64,000 nucleotides of DNA from Eubacteriales bacterium (GCA_045636865.1 JAZTYJ010000023.1:13013-77012), one strand, 5' to 3'; counted from the first letter of the stretch, positions 10,344-19,786 are shown. Numbers and translations: made by a program. Notes: generated by a model from the sequence alone, not told the origin.

Positions 10344-10940
10344 ATGAGGAAAATGCCGAAAATACGCATAAGCATTCCGTTTTGCATACTTATCGCAATT
10401 CTGTACGCGCTCGATTTCGGAAATGTTTTTCTGCCTACGTTTATAGCAATAACAATCCACGAAGCATCACATATAGCGGCGATACGTCTTACGGGTGCAA
10501 GTTTTGACCGGATAGACATAAGAGTATTTGGTGTTTCGGTAAACGTGCCTGAGCTTATATATATGCCATATTCAAAGGAAATAATAATAGCTGCCGCAGG
10601 ACCGCTTGCCGGATTCTTAACCGCGGCAACAGCACTTTTGGCAGCTAATGTATTTGGTTTTATGACACCGCGATATTTTATAGGCATAAATGTTCTTATA
10701 TCGCTTATAAATCTTATTCCCGTATATCCGCTTGACGGTGGTCGAATCGCGCTTTCGCTTTCGCTAAAGTTATTTTCGATGCGCGCGGCATATGTAATAT
10801 CCTCTGTTTTGTCAATACTTTCAACGGGAGTTTTGTTCGGGATCTGTGCCGCTTGTGCAGCAAGGGGGAATTTGAATCCGTCGCTTGTGATATTTTCTCT
10901 GTATGTTGCCGCTTGCCAGATTAAGCTTCGTCACCTTTAA
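10344..10940 (+). CDS. site-2 (M50) intramembrane protease, SpoIVFB-like
   Basis: HEASH, AAGP and NLIPVYPLDGG motifs; hydrophobic. Confidence 0.85.
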   Translation: MRKMPKIRISIPFCILIAILYALDFGNVFLPTFIAITIHEASHIAAIRLTGASFDRIDIRVFGVSVNVPELIYMPYSKEIIIAAAGPLAGFLTAATALLAANVFGFMTPRYFIGINVLISLINLIPVYPLDGGRIALSLSLKLFSMRAAYVISSVLSILSTGVLFGICAACAARGNLNPSLVIFSLYVAACQIKLRHL

Positions 10941-11658
10941 GTTTTTTGACAAAAAGCTTTTCTTTTTCGGTGAGTGGTGCAGTTTCGAGCATATCCGGAC
11001 GTTTTTTCAAAGTGCGGATTATAGACTGCTCGCGTCGCCATTTTTTGATGTTTGCGTGATGCCCTGAAAGGAGAATTTCGGGAACTTCCTTATCGTGCCA
11101 TACCGCAGGGCGCGTATACTGCGGATACTCCAGAAGTCCGTCAAAATGGCTTTCTTCGGAAAAACATTCCTCGTCGGACAAAACACCGGGAAGCATTCGT
11201 GCAACAGCATCGGTAACCGCCATTGCAGGTATCTCACCGCCTGTGAGAACAAAGTCGCCGATTGAGAGCTCTTCGTCAACACATTCTTCGATGAAACGCT
11301 CGTCGATACCCTCATAATGTCCGCAAACGAGGATGAGGTGTGAGTGATCAGCCACAAGTGATTTTGCCTTCTCCTGATTAAATACAGAGCCTTGCGGAGA
11401 CATATATATCGTGTGTGCATCCGGACTCTTGCTCTTGATTTCTGCCCAGCAGTTATAGAGCGCGTCAGCATACATAACCATACCCATACCGCCACCGTAG
11501 GGGTAGTCGTCAACCTGCTTCTGCTTGTTTTTTGTATAGTCGCGGATCTGGTAATATCCGATGGAGAGCTTGCCGTCGCGGCGCGCGCGTCCGATAATGC
11601 TTTCGCTCATCATAGCATCACAGGCTTCTGGGAAGAGTGTCATTATATCAATATGCAT
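10921..11658 (-). CDS. trmD: tRNA (guanine37-N1)-methyltransferase
   Basis: DDYPYGGG, MSPQG, CGHYEGIDER, SIGDFVLTGGE and LEYPQYTRP motifs. Confidence 0.98.
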   Translation of the reverse strand: MHIDIMTLFPEACDAMMSESIIGRARRDGKLSIGYYQIRDYTKNKQKQVDDYPYGGGMGMVMYADALYNCWAEIKSKSPDAHTIYMSPQGSVFNQEKAKSLVADHSHLILVCGHYEGIDERFIEECVDEELSIGDFVLTGGEIPAMAVTDAVARMLPGVLSDEECFSEESHFDGLLEYPQYTRPAVWHDKEVPEILLSGHHANIKKWRREQSIIRTLKKRPDMLETAPLTEKEKLFVKKLKGDEA

Positions 11659-12160
11659 CTTTGCTACCGCCTTTTTCGGTTTTCATACCGGGGATTGTCT
11701 TAACGCGCATAATTCCGGCATCAAGGTCTATCTCCTTGATGAACTCCTCAACTGCAGGAATCATATATTCGTCATTTCCGAAAACAACATAAACGTCGTT
11801 TGACGGAAGGGAAATAACCTCACGGAGCTTGCCGAGCTCTGTGCCGTCATCATCAATAACGGAAAGCCCTTCAAGGTCCTGGATGAAGTATGTGTCCTCG
11901 TCGAGCTCGACTTCGTCGCGGTCGACGTACACTATCTTGTTTTTGTATTTTTCGGCATCATTTATGTTGTTGATGCCCTTGAGCTTTATAAGCACACACG
12001 TTTTATGAACGCGTGCTCTTTCTATCTCAAACGGTTTTTCGTCTATATATATAACATCAAAATCACAAAGGAAATCCTCGGTATCGCTCCATGGCTGAAC
12101 CTTAAGCTCACCGTAGACGCTGTGCGTATTGACGATTTTTCCAGCTTCAATGTATTGCAT
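11648..12160 (-). CDS. rimM: ribosome maturation factor RimM
   Basis: GKIVNTHSVYGELKV; C-terminal PRC barrel; synteny. Confidence 0.95.
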   Translation of the reverse strand: MQYIEAGKIVNTHSVYGELKVQPWSDTEDFLCDFDVIYIDEKPFEIERARVHKTCVLIKLKGINNINDAEKYKNKIVYVDRDEVELDEDTYFIQDLEGLSVIDDDGTELGKLREVISLPSNDVYVVFGNDEYMIPAVEEFIKEIDLDAGIMRVKTIPGMKTEKGGSKDAY

Positions 12161-12191
12161 AATTCACCTCATAATTGTTTGTGGTATAAAT

Positions 12192-12217
12192 TCGGGGCTG
12201 TCTGATGACAGCCCCGA
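12192..12217 (-). terminator. intra-operon hairpin between khpA and rimM
   Basis: Perfect TCGGGGCTGTC-N4-GACAGCCCCGA with a weak U tract on the minus strand. Confidence 0.55.
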
Positions 12218-12226
12218 TACTTAAAA

Positions 12227-12457
12227 TCAGTCAACAATATCAACTGATACCTTGATGTTATCTTTAAGCGATGCAGCCTTAACAACGGCGCGGATTTCCT
12301 TCGCGATGCGGCCATGCTTTCCGATAACTTTTCCCATATCCTCCGGAGCAACACGGAGTTCGAGGACAAGGCCGTCCTCCTTCTGGATCTCAGTAACGCT
12401 CACGGCTTCAGGGTTACCAACAAGGCTTTTTGCAATGTAAGTTAAAAGGTCTTTCAT
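12227..12457 (-). CDS. khpA: KH-domain RNA-binding protein KhpA (YlqC)
   Basis: DMGKVIGKHGR GxxG motif; lies between rpsP and rimM. Confidence 0.93.
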   Translation of the reverse strand: MKDLLTYIAKSLVGNPEAVSVTEIQKEDGLVLELRVAPEDMGKVIGKHGRIAKEIRAVVKAASLKDNIKVSVDIVD

Positions 12458-12493
12458 TTGTTGTCCCTTTTCTCCGGTATCACCGGTGAAGAA

Positions 12494-12736
12494 TTACTGA
12501 ATAGCTCCTGTACGCTTCAAGAGAGCCTTTACGGTGTCTGTCGGCTGTGCACCCTTCTTGATCCACTCAAGAGCACGGTCTGTGTCGATCTTGATTTCAG
12601 CGGGTTCTGTGAGGGGGTTGTATGTTCCGAGTTCTTCGATGAATCTGCCGTCGCGCGGGAAGCGTGAATCAGCAACAACTACACGATAGAACGGAGCCTT
12701 CTTTGCACCGATTCTGCGAAGTCTGATTTTTACCAT
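12494..12736 (-). CDS. rpsP: 30S ribosomal protein S16
   Basis: [10 protein letters not shown]...[13 protein letters not shown]; start moved to ATG 12736 after GGAGGTG. Confidence 0.98.
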   Translation of the reverse strand: MVKIRLRRIGAKKAPFYRVVVADSRFPRDGRFIEELGTYNPLTEPAEIKIDTDRALEWIKKGAQPTDTVKALLKRTGAIQ

Positions 12737-12794
12737 TATTTTCACCTCCATTACATTAACATAGCAAATATATTTAAAGTTGTTTGCTTACTGC

Positions 12795-14156
12795 TTAAAA
12801 TGAGAAAGGGAAGCCGCCTTTACCGTGTCTTCTGGCTTTTCTTGACATCTGCTTTGTAAATGCAGAGCCTGTCATCTGTTTCATCATCTTTCTCGTTGCT
12901 TCAAACTGCTTTAAAAGCTTGTTTACGTCTTCGACGGAAACACCGCTGCCTGCGGCAATTCGCTTTTTGCGGCTGAAGTTTATCTGTGACGGGTTATCGC
13001 GCTCATATTCGGTCATCGACGAGATAATCGCATCGAGACGTGAAAGTGCCTTTTCGTCGATTTTTGCACCCGAGAGAGCTTTGCTGTCGATCCCGGGAAT
13101 CATCTTTAAAAGGTCGGACATCGAACCCATACCCTGAATCTGCTGCATCTGCTCGCGGAAGTCTGTGAGGGTAAACGAGTTTTCACGGATTTTCTTTTCA
13201 AGTTCGACTGCCTTTTTTTCATCAAAAGCCTGTTCTGCCTTTTCGATAAGAGAGAGAACGTCACCCATACCGAGAATGCGCGATGCCATTCTGTCGGGGT
13301 GGAATTGCTCGATACCGTCAAGCTTTTCGCTGACGCCGACAAATTTGATGGGCTTTCCCGTAACTGCGCGAACCGAAAGTGCCGCACCGCCTCGGGCATC
13401 ACCGTCAAGCTTTGTGAGAAATACGCTGTCAATGCCGAGCGCCTCGTTGAAGGAAGATGCGGTAGAGACGGCATCCTGACCGCTCATTGCGTCAATAACG
13501 AGCATAATCTCTGTCGGATTTACGGACGCCTTTATTGATTTGAGCTCATTCATAAGCTCTTCGTCAATATGGAGACGACCGGCTGTATCAAGAAAAACAA
13601 TATCGTTTCCGTGAGCCTCGGCGTGTGATTTTGCAAGAGTTGCAATTTCAACAGGGTTTTTGCCCTCGGCTTTGAAAACGGGGATATCAAGCTGTGAGCC
13701 TAAAATTTCAAGCTGTTTGACAGCGGCAGGGCGGTACGTGTCGCAGGCAACAAGCAATGGCCTCTTTGATGCGGTTTTCTTAAGATGCGCCGCAAGCTTT
13801 GAGATGTTTGTCGTTTTACCTGCGCCCTGCAGACCGACGAACATAACAACTGTGGGCGGTTTTGAAGATATGGCAAGCTTTTCGCCTTCACCACCCATAA
13901 GAAGAGTGATTTCCTCGTTTACGATTTTAACAATCTGCTGTGCGGGGTTTAAGCCTTCTAAAACTTCGGTTCCGACTGCACGTTCTGAAACCTTTGCAAC
14001 GAAATCGCGGACAACCTTGAAGTTGACGTCAGCTTCCAAAAGGGCAAGCTTGATTTCGCGCATCGCCTCTTTGACGTCGCGTTCGGTAAGTCGGCCTTTT
14101 GAACGAAGTTTCTTAAAGGCATTTGAGAGTTTATCGGTAAGACTTTCAAAAGCCAT
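12795..14156 (-). CDS. ffh: signal recognition particle protein
   Basis: GLQGAGKTT, DTAGR and TKLDGDARGG motifs; Met-rich M domain. Confidence 0.98.
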   Translation of the reverse strand: MAFESLTDKLSNAFKKLRSKGRLTERDVKEAMREIKLALLEADVNFKVVRDFVAKVSERAVGTEVLEGLNPAQQIVKIVNEEITLLMGGEGEKLAISSKPPTVVMFVGLQGAGKTTNISKLAAHLKKTASKRPLLVACDTYRPAAVKQLEILGSQLDIPVFKAEGKNPVEIATLAKSHAEAHGNDIVFLDTAGRLHIDEELMNELKSIKASVNPTEIMLVIDAMSGQDAVSTASSFNEALGIDSVFLTKLDGDARGGAALSVRAVTGKPIKFVGVSEKLDGIEQFHPDRMASRILGMGDVLSLIEKAEQAFDEKKAVELEKKIRENSFTLTDFREQMQQIQGMGSMSDLLKMIPGIDSKALSGAKIDEKALSRLDAIISSMTEYERDNPSQINFSRKKRIAAGSGVSVEDVNKLLKQFEATRKMMKQMTGSAFTKQMSRKARRHGKGGFPFSF

Positions 14157-14177
14157 TTTGTTCCTCCGGTTTTATAA

Positions 14178-14543
14178 TCAGATATCAAGTGCCCGCGCAA
14201 GCTCAATAACATTATCAATGCATGTATCAAGCTCTAAATTGCGGTAGTTTGTGTCGTTTATGAGCTTTACTCGTTCTGCAGAAGAGATGATGCTCTTCAC
14301 GTTTTCAGAAAACTTTCCGAACTTCGCGGCAAGACCGAGCTTGTCTTCAAACTTGCGGAGAATTTCTTCTGAACGGACGATGCCGTCGCGAACACCCTGA
14401 CGGGTAATTCCGAGATGCTCTGCAATTTCCGCAAGGGAAAGGTCTTCGTTATAGTAAAGGTCAAAAAGCTCGCGCTGTTTTTCTGTAAGAATTTCGCCGT
14501 AGAAATCGAAAAGTAATGTGAGTTCAAGAGAGACGTTTCTCAT
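14178..14543 (-). CDS. ylxM: YlxM family DNA-binding protein (sigma region-4-like HTH)
   Basis: LFDFYGEILTEKQ, DLSLAEIAE and TRQGV; start reassigned to ATG 14543 after AAGGAGG. Confidence 0.92.
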   Translation of the reverse strand: MRNVSLELTLLFDFYGEILTEKQRELFDLYYNEDLSLAEIAEHLGITRQGVRDGIVRSEEILRKFEDKLGLAAKFGKFSENVKSIISSAERVKLINDTNYRNLELDTCIDNVIELARALDI

Positions 14544-14586
14544 GTGAAAACCTCCTTTGTAAAGTATCTTTGCTTTACAATAAAGC

Positions 14587-14615
14587 ATTGTATCATAATT
14601 TATAGTATTTGTCAA
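14587..14615 (-). promoter_or_regulatory. SigA promoter of ylxM-ffh
   Basis: TTGACA-N17-TACAAT with extended TG. Confidence 0.8.
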
Positions 14616-14669
14616 GCAAATTAAAATAAATTTAAAAATCAATATATGGTATATTTTTCAAAGTTGATA

Positions 14670-14698
14670 TTGTAATATGCGAAGATTTTGTGTATAAT
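14670..14698 (+). promoter_or_regulatory. SigA promoter of ymfF/H-lgt-folD
   Basis: TTGTAA-N17-TATAAT. Confidence 0.6.
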
Positions 14699-14740
14699 AA
14701 GAAAAAGCATATTGTCTTTTTTCGGGGGGAAACTTCACAA

Positions 14741-16015
14741 ATGGAAATGACATATAAAAATATTTTGCCGGGGATAAATCTCCGCTTTATAGAAAGTGAC
14801 CGCTTTGAAACAAACTGCATATCGCTTAACTTTCTTTCAAATTCGGATGAGGCGACCGTATCACATATGACGCTTGTTCCGCGAGTGCTTCGCAGGGGAA
14901 CTGTCCGCCATCCTGATATGGAGTCGCTTGCCGCCGCTCTTGACGATATGTACGGCGCGCGCATTGAACCGGTTTCGAGAAAATACGGCGATATTATGAC
15001 AAGCGGGTTTATTTGTGATTTCGTGGATGCGGAGGAGAAAAATCTCTCTTCCGTTATGAAGCTTGTCTATGAGATTCTTTTTGAATATAAGCAGGAAAAC
15101 GGAACCTTCTCCGAAGAATATGTATCGGGTGAGAGGGCGAACCTTATCGATGAGATAAAGTCTGAAATCAACAACAAGCTTTCATATGCACACAGAAGAG
15201 CTACGGAGAAAATGTTTTCAGACAGCGCGTATGCAATATCGGAGCTCGGTACGGAAGAAGCGGCAGAGAGTATCGATGCAAATTCGCTTCTTAAGTATTA
15301 TAAGAGGATGATCTCCGAAAGTCCCTGCGAAATATTCTTCTGCGGAAACTATTCTCAGGAAGAGGTTGAGGTTGAGATATCAAAACTCTTCCGTCACTGC
15401 ACGAGAAAAAACGTAAAAGCTATAAAGTCAGAGTCACCGAAGTATGCGGATAATCTGAGAGTGAGTGAGAAGTTTGATGTTTTGCAGGCAAACCTTCTTA
15501 TCGGTATGTATGCAGAGGACGTTGACAATTATGTTATGAAGCTTCTCGGCGTAGTTATCGGAGGTGGAACAACCTCAAAACTTTTCAGAAACGTTCGTGA
15601 GAAGAACTCACTTTGTTATTTTGCAGGCGCGATGTACGATTCTTTCAAAAAGAATATCTTTATGTATTGCGGAATTGATCCGAAAAACGCAAAAATTGCA
15701 GAAGATGCAGTCCTTGCAGAATTTCGCGATTGCGTCTCGGGCAATATTTCAGACGAAGAGCTTTATGATGCGAAGAAATCGATGGTTGACGATTTTATCA
15801 CCGTTGAGGATTCACTCGGAGCGATGGAATCATTCTGGCTTCGTGCATCTCTTATCGGCGATGAGCGCACACCGGCTGAAGTAGTATCCGAAATCAAAAA
15901 GACAGACAAGGAAAGTGTAATATCCGCAGCATGTTCGCTGAAGCTTTCCGTAACGTATCTTTTAACAGGATTGGAGAGTGTGGCAGATGAAAGAAAACTC
16001 TTATCCAACAATTAA
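14741..16015 (+). CDS. M16 family peptidase, non-catalytic subunit (YmfF-like)
   Basis: VLRRGT, LDDMYGA and SKLFRNVREKNSLCY; no HxxEH; likely start at ATG 14741. Confidence 0.85.
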   Translation: MEMTYKNILPGINLRFIESDRFETNCISLNFLSNSDEATVSHMTLVPRVLRRGTVRHPDMESLAAALDDMYGARIEPVSRKYGDIMTSGFICDFVDAEEKNLSSVMKLVYEILFEYKQENGTFSEEYVSGERANLIDEIKSEINNKLSYAHRRATEKMFSDSAYAISELGTEEAAESIDANSLLKYYKRMISESPCEIFFCGNYSQEEVEVEISKLFRHCTRKNVKAIKSESPKYADNLRVSEKFDVLQANLLIGMYAEDVDNYVMKLLGVVIGGGTTSKLFRNVREKNSLCYFAGAMYDSFKKNIFMYCGIDPKNAKIAEDAVLAEFRDCVSGNISDEELYDAKKSMVDDFITVEDSLGAMESFWLRASLIGDERTPAEVVSEIKKTDKESVISAACSLKLSVTYLLTGLESVADERKLLSNN

Positions 16016-17261
16016 TCAGAAGATGATATCGCATACATGTTCAAACGGCCTTCGTGTATGCATTTTCCCGAAACCGGGTTTTAAACGTGCATATGCACAG
16101 TTTTCGGTCAACTACGGCTCTATTGATATTTCATTCGATGCAGACGGGGAGAGGTATACATCTCCTCTCGGTGTTGCACATTTTCTTGAACACAAGGTTT
16201 TTGAGCAGCCTGACGGAGGAAACGCACTTACGATTTTTGCAAAGACGGGTGCAAACCCGAATGCGTTTACAAGCAACACAATGACGGCATACCACTTCTC
16301 GGGTACGGATAAGTTCATGAGAAATCTTGAGGTGCTTCTCGGGTTTGTTATGACTCCGTATTTTACGGAAGAAAACGTTAAAAAGGAGCAGGGCATAATC
16401 GGTCAGGAAATCAGTATGGTGAACGACCGTCCGGGCTGGCGCGTTTTTGAAAACCTTATGAGCTCGCTCTATATTACTCATCCCGTAAAAGATTCAATCA
16501 TAGGCTCGGTTGAAAGTATTGGAAATATAACGCGGGAAGTTCTTTTTAAGTGCTACAACACGTTCTATATTCCCTCAAATATGTCTCTTTGTGTAGCAGG
16601 AGATGTTTCGCCGGAGGAAATTATCGCGGCGGCAGAGTCGATTCTTCCGAAGGAGAAAAAAGCTCCGCCAAAGCGCGACTACGGCGTTGAAGAGAGCTTT
16701 GTCAAAAATGCAAGAGTGGAGGAAACTGCAGAGATTGCGATACCCCAGTTTGCGGTAGGTGCGAAAATAAATATCGAAACGTTCGGCGAGCGGGGAATGA
16801 GAAACCGCATTATTTCGGACCTTGCCGCGGATATTCTGGGAGGTCCGTCATCCGCGCTTTATTCAAAGCTCTATTCAGACGGAGACATAACATCGGATTT
16901 TGTGTCCGAAGCAACGTCTTTTCCGGATACAATAACGATGATGATTTCAGGCGAGAGCAGAGATCCCGAAAAAGTTTATGAAAAGATTATGGAACACGCA
17001 CGCAAGCTCTCAAAGGATATTGATGTTCCGTATTTTGAGCGAATCAAAAAAGCGCATCTCGGTCTTCGCAGACGCTCACTTGACAGTGTTTCGTCGCTTT
17101 GCAGGGAGCAGAGTGAGGCTCTGTTTTCGGGGTATGACTATCTTGACACAATAGAGGTGATAAACGAGATAGAGCCGTATGAAATATGCGATTTTATCCG
17201 TCGTGCATTCAAGGATGAGAGTACAGCGCTTTCTGTTGTGCGTGGCAAGCAGGTGGAATAA
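15987..17261 (+). CDS. M16 family zinc peptidase, catalytic subunit (YmfH-like)
   Basis: GVAHFLEHKVF, NAFTS and KEQGIIGQEI motifs. Confidence 0.9.
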   Translation: MKENSYPTINQKMISHTCSNGLRVCIFPKPGFKRAYAQFSVNYGSIDISFDADGERYTSPLGVAHFLEHKVFEQPDGGNALTIFAKTGANPNAFTSNTMTAYHFSGTDKFMRNLEVLLGFVMTPYFTEENVKKEQGIIGQEISMVNDRPGWRVFENLMSSLYITHPVKDSIIGSVESIGNITREVLFKCYNTFYIPSNMSLCVAGDVSPEEIIAAAESILPKEKKAPPKRDYGVEESFVKNARVEETAEIAIPQFAVGAKINIETFGERGMRNRIISDLAADILGGPSSALYSKLYSDGDITSDFVSEATSFPDTITMMISGESRDPEKVYEKIMEHARKLSKDIDVPYFERIKKAHLGLRRRSLDSVSSLCREQSEALFSGYDYLDTIEVINEIEPYEICDFIRRAFKDESTALSVVRGKQVE

Positions 17262-18058
17262 TGACGAATCTTATAAAGTTTCCGGGTTTTGGTATTGAAC
17301 TCGAGATAAACAGAGTTGCATTTGAACTCTTCGGGCGACCGATATACTGGTATGCAATAATTATTGCGACGGGATTTCTGCTTGCGGTATACTACGGTAT
17401 CGCACGAAGCAAGGAATTCGGTACGGACGAAGATAGAATTCTCGGCATGCTGATGTTTGCTTTTCCTCTTGCAATCATCTGTGCAAGGCTCTATTATGTT
17501 ATATTTAATATAGAAGCATACAGAGATGACCCCATATCCATGCTTTATATATGGGAGGGCGGAATTGCAATTTACGGCGCAATTATAGGCTCGCTACTCG
17601 GCGCAATTTTATATTGCAGAATAAAGAAGGTTCCGCTTGTGTCATTTCTTGATATCGGTGCTCTGGGACTTATGATAGGGCAGTCAATAGGACGCTGGGG
17701 AAACTTTGTGAATGCCGAAGCTTACGGCGGCGAAACAACACTTCTGTGGCGCATGCAAATAAATGGCGGTGCGTGTGTTCACCCAACGTTTTTATACGAA
17801 TCATTGTGGAACGCAATCGGATTTTTTGTATTACATTTTTACTCAAAAAAGCGAAAATTTAATGGCGAAATATTTGCGCTGTATGTCGTGTGGTACGGTA
17901 TAGGCAGAGCGATGATAGAAGGGCTCAGGACCGACAGCCTTTACTTCTTCGGCACGGGAATCAGAACTTCTCAGGCTCTCGGAATCATAACGGCAGTTTC
18001 AGGTATTGTATATTTAATTTACAAATATAAGAAAATCAAAACGGAGGATAAAATATAA
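17261..18058 (+). CDS. lgt: prolipoprotein diacylglyceryl transferase
   Basis: ARLYYV, GRWGNFVNAEAYG and HPTFLYES motifs. Confidence 0.96.
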   Translation: MTNLIKFPGFGIELEINRVAFELFGRPIYWYAIIIATGFLLAVYYGIARSKEFGTDEDRILGMLMFAFPLAIICARLYYVIFNIEAYRDDPISMLYIWEGGIAIYGAIIGSLLGAILYCRIKKVPLVSFLDIGALGLMIGQSIGRWGNFVNAEAYGGETTLLWRMQINGGACVHPTFLYESLWNAIGFFVLHFYSKKRKFNGEIFALYVVWYGIGRAMIEGLRTDSLYFFGTGIRTSQALGIITAVSGIVYLIYKYKKIKTEDKI

Positions 18059-18918
18059 TGAGCGCAGTAATTATTGACGGAAAGGCAACCTCAAAAAAAC
18101 TCAGAGGCGAGGTCTATGAAAAAGTAAGCAAGCTTGAAGCTCTCGGCATCCGTGCAGGTCTTGCAGTTGTTATCGTCGGTGATAATCCGGCAAGCCGTAC
18201 ATACGTAAATAACAAGAAAAAGGCTTGTGCAGAGTGCGGAATCTACAGCGAGGAGTACGCTCTTCCGACAGAGACAACGGAAGATGAACTTCTCGCGCTT
18301 ATAGACAAGCTCAATAACAAAAAGGACATAAACGGAATCCTTGTTCAGCTTCCGCTTCCGAAGCACATTTCCGAGGATAAGGTAATTGCGGCAATCAACC
18401 CCGATAAGGATGTAGACGCATTCCACGTTCAGAATGTCGGAAAGATTATGACAGGTGATTTTGATTTTCTTCCGTGCACACCGGCGGGAGTAATGGCACT
18501 CTTTGAGGAGTACGGCATTGATGTAGCGGGAAAGAGAGCTGCGGTCATCGGACGATCAAATATCGTAGGAAAGCCGATGTCAATGCTTCTTCTCCATAAG
18601 AATGCAACGGTTACCATCTGTCACTCAAAAACAAAGAATATTGAAGAAATTCTCCGCAATTCCGACATTATCGTTGCTGCGGTTGGAAGAGAAGCTTTTG
18701 TCAAGGGCGATATGGTATCGGAAGGTGCTGTCGTTATGGATGTCGGCATCAACAGAAATGCAGAAGGAAAGCTTTGCGGCGATGTTGACTTTGAATCGGT
18801 ATCAGAAAAGGCGTCGTTTATAACACCCGTACCGGGCGGCGTTGGTCCTATGACAATAACAATGCTTATGAAGAATACTCTTCGTGCAACTTGCATACAA
18901 AATAACGTTGAAATATAG
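18058..18918 (+). CDS. folD: methylene-THF dehydrogenase/cyclohydrolase
   Basis: GILVQLPLP, KDVDAFH, PCTPAG, GRSNIVGKP and TPVPGGVGPMT motifs. Confidence 0.97.
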   Translation: MSAVIIDGKATSKKLRGEVYEKVSKLEALGIRAGLAVVIVGDNPASRTYVNNKKKACAECGIYSEEYALPTETTEDELLALIDKLNNKKDINGILVQLPLPKHISEDKVIAAINPDKDVDAFHVQNVGKIMTGDFDFLPCTPAGVMALFEEYGIDVAGKRAAVIGRSNIVGKPMSMLLLHKNATVTICHSKTKNIEEILRNSDIIVAAVGREAFVKGDMVSEGAVVMDVGINRNAEGKLCGDVDFESVSEKASFITPVPGGVGPMTITMLMKNTLRATCIQNNVEI

Positions 18919-18939
18919 AATAATTTTAGAATTTTTTGG

Positions 18940-18968
18940 TTGACAAATCTAAATATTGCAAGTATAAT
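18940..18968 (+). promoter_or_regulatory. consensus SigA promoter of yceD-rpmF
   Basis: Perfect TTGACA-N17-TATAAT. Confidence 0.85.
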
Positions 18969-19008
18969 ATATTTTGTGGCGTTTAATGCCGCGGTTATGG
19001 AGTCGAAT

Positions 19009-19497
19009 ATGAATATTAACATCAAACAACTTCGAAACGGCAGCACGGATGTCGTGCCGTTTGATTTCACCGCCGACATTTCAGATGTGGAGCCTTCCAT
19101 GTCTTCGGCGATTACGGTATCGGGTGAGGTGGTCAGCCGTGCCGGTGTCCTTCTTCTTGATATGAAGATAGAGGGCGAGAGAAACCTCGTTTGCGACAGA
19201 TGTGCAAAAGAGTTTTCAAAGTTAGTGAGCGTTCCGTTTGAAGCTTGTGTTGTTGATCATCTTGACAACGAAGATGAGGAAGACGATTTTATCGTCTGCG
19301 AAGGTGATGAGCTTGATATTTCAGAGCTTGCCACTTCAATTTTCATACTTGGCTTTGAAAGTAAGGTTCTCTGTTCTCCGGATTGTAAAGGTCTTTGTCA
19401 CATCTGCGGAACAAACCTTAACGAACAAGCGTGCTCCTGCAAGAGTGAGTCGATTGACCCAAGGCTTGAGATTCTTGCAAAGCTGCTTGATGAATAA
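19009..19497 (+). CDS. YceD/DUF177 family protein
   Basis: CDRC, CSPDCKGLCHICG and IDPRL; upstream of rpmF; start reassigned downstream of the promoter (GGAG RBS). Confidence 0.88.
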   Translation: MNINIKQLRNGSTDVVPFDFTADISDVEPSMSSAITVSGEVVSRAGVLLLDMKIEGERNLVCDRCAKEFSKLVSVPFEACVVDHLDNEDEEDDFIVCEGDELDISELATSIFILGFESKVLCSPDCKGLCHICGTNLNEQACSCKSESIDPRLEILAKLLDE

Positions 19498-19535
19498 GTA
19501 AAATATACGCTTTATATATCTAAGGAGGTGTCACC

Positions 19536-19724
19536 ATGGCGGTACCAAAGAGAAAACATTCTAAATCGAGGAGAGACATGAACCGCAATGCACACTGGAA
19601 GCTTTCGCTTCCGGGAATCGGAGCATGCCCGAAGTGCGGAGCAATGAAGCTTTCACACAGAGCTTGCAAGAAGTGCGGAACATATAACGGTCGCGAGGTT
19701 ATTGCTGCAGAAGACGCAAAATAA
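19536..19724 (+). CDS. rpmF: 50S ribosomal protein L32 (Zn-ribbon type)
   Basis: [10 protein letters not shown]; CPKC...CKKCG. Confidence 0.97.
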   Translation: MAVPKRKHSKSRRDMNRNAHWKLSLPGIGACPKCGAMKLSHRACKKCGTYNGREVIAAEDAK

Positions 19725-19751
19725 TTTAGCGAAACTCAATTCGGTAAAAGG

Positions 19752-19786
19752 GTAGAGGTGGATGGATAATCCCCCTCTATTTTTAT
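19752..19786 (+). terminator. terminator after rpmF
   Basis: GTAGAGGTGGAT-loop-ATCCCCCTCTAT followed by TTTT. Confidence 0.55.

Noticed and set aside
14544-14642. Long N-terminal extension of YlxM in the ORF track
   Set aside because: It spans the promoter and palindrome; the RBS supports ATG 14543
18940-19008. TTG start of yceD at 18940
   Set aside because: That TTG is part of the -35 box TTGACA; the RBS supports ATG 19009
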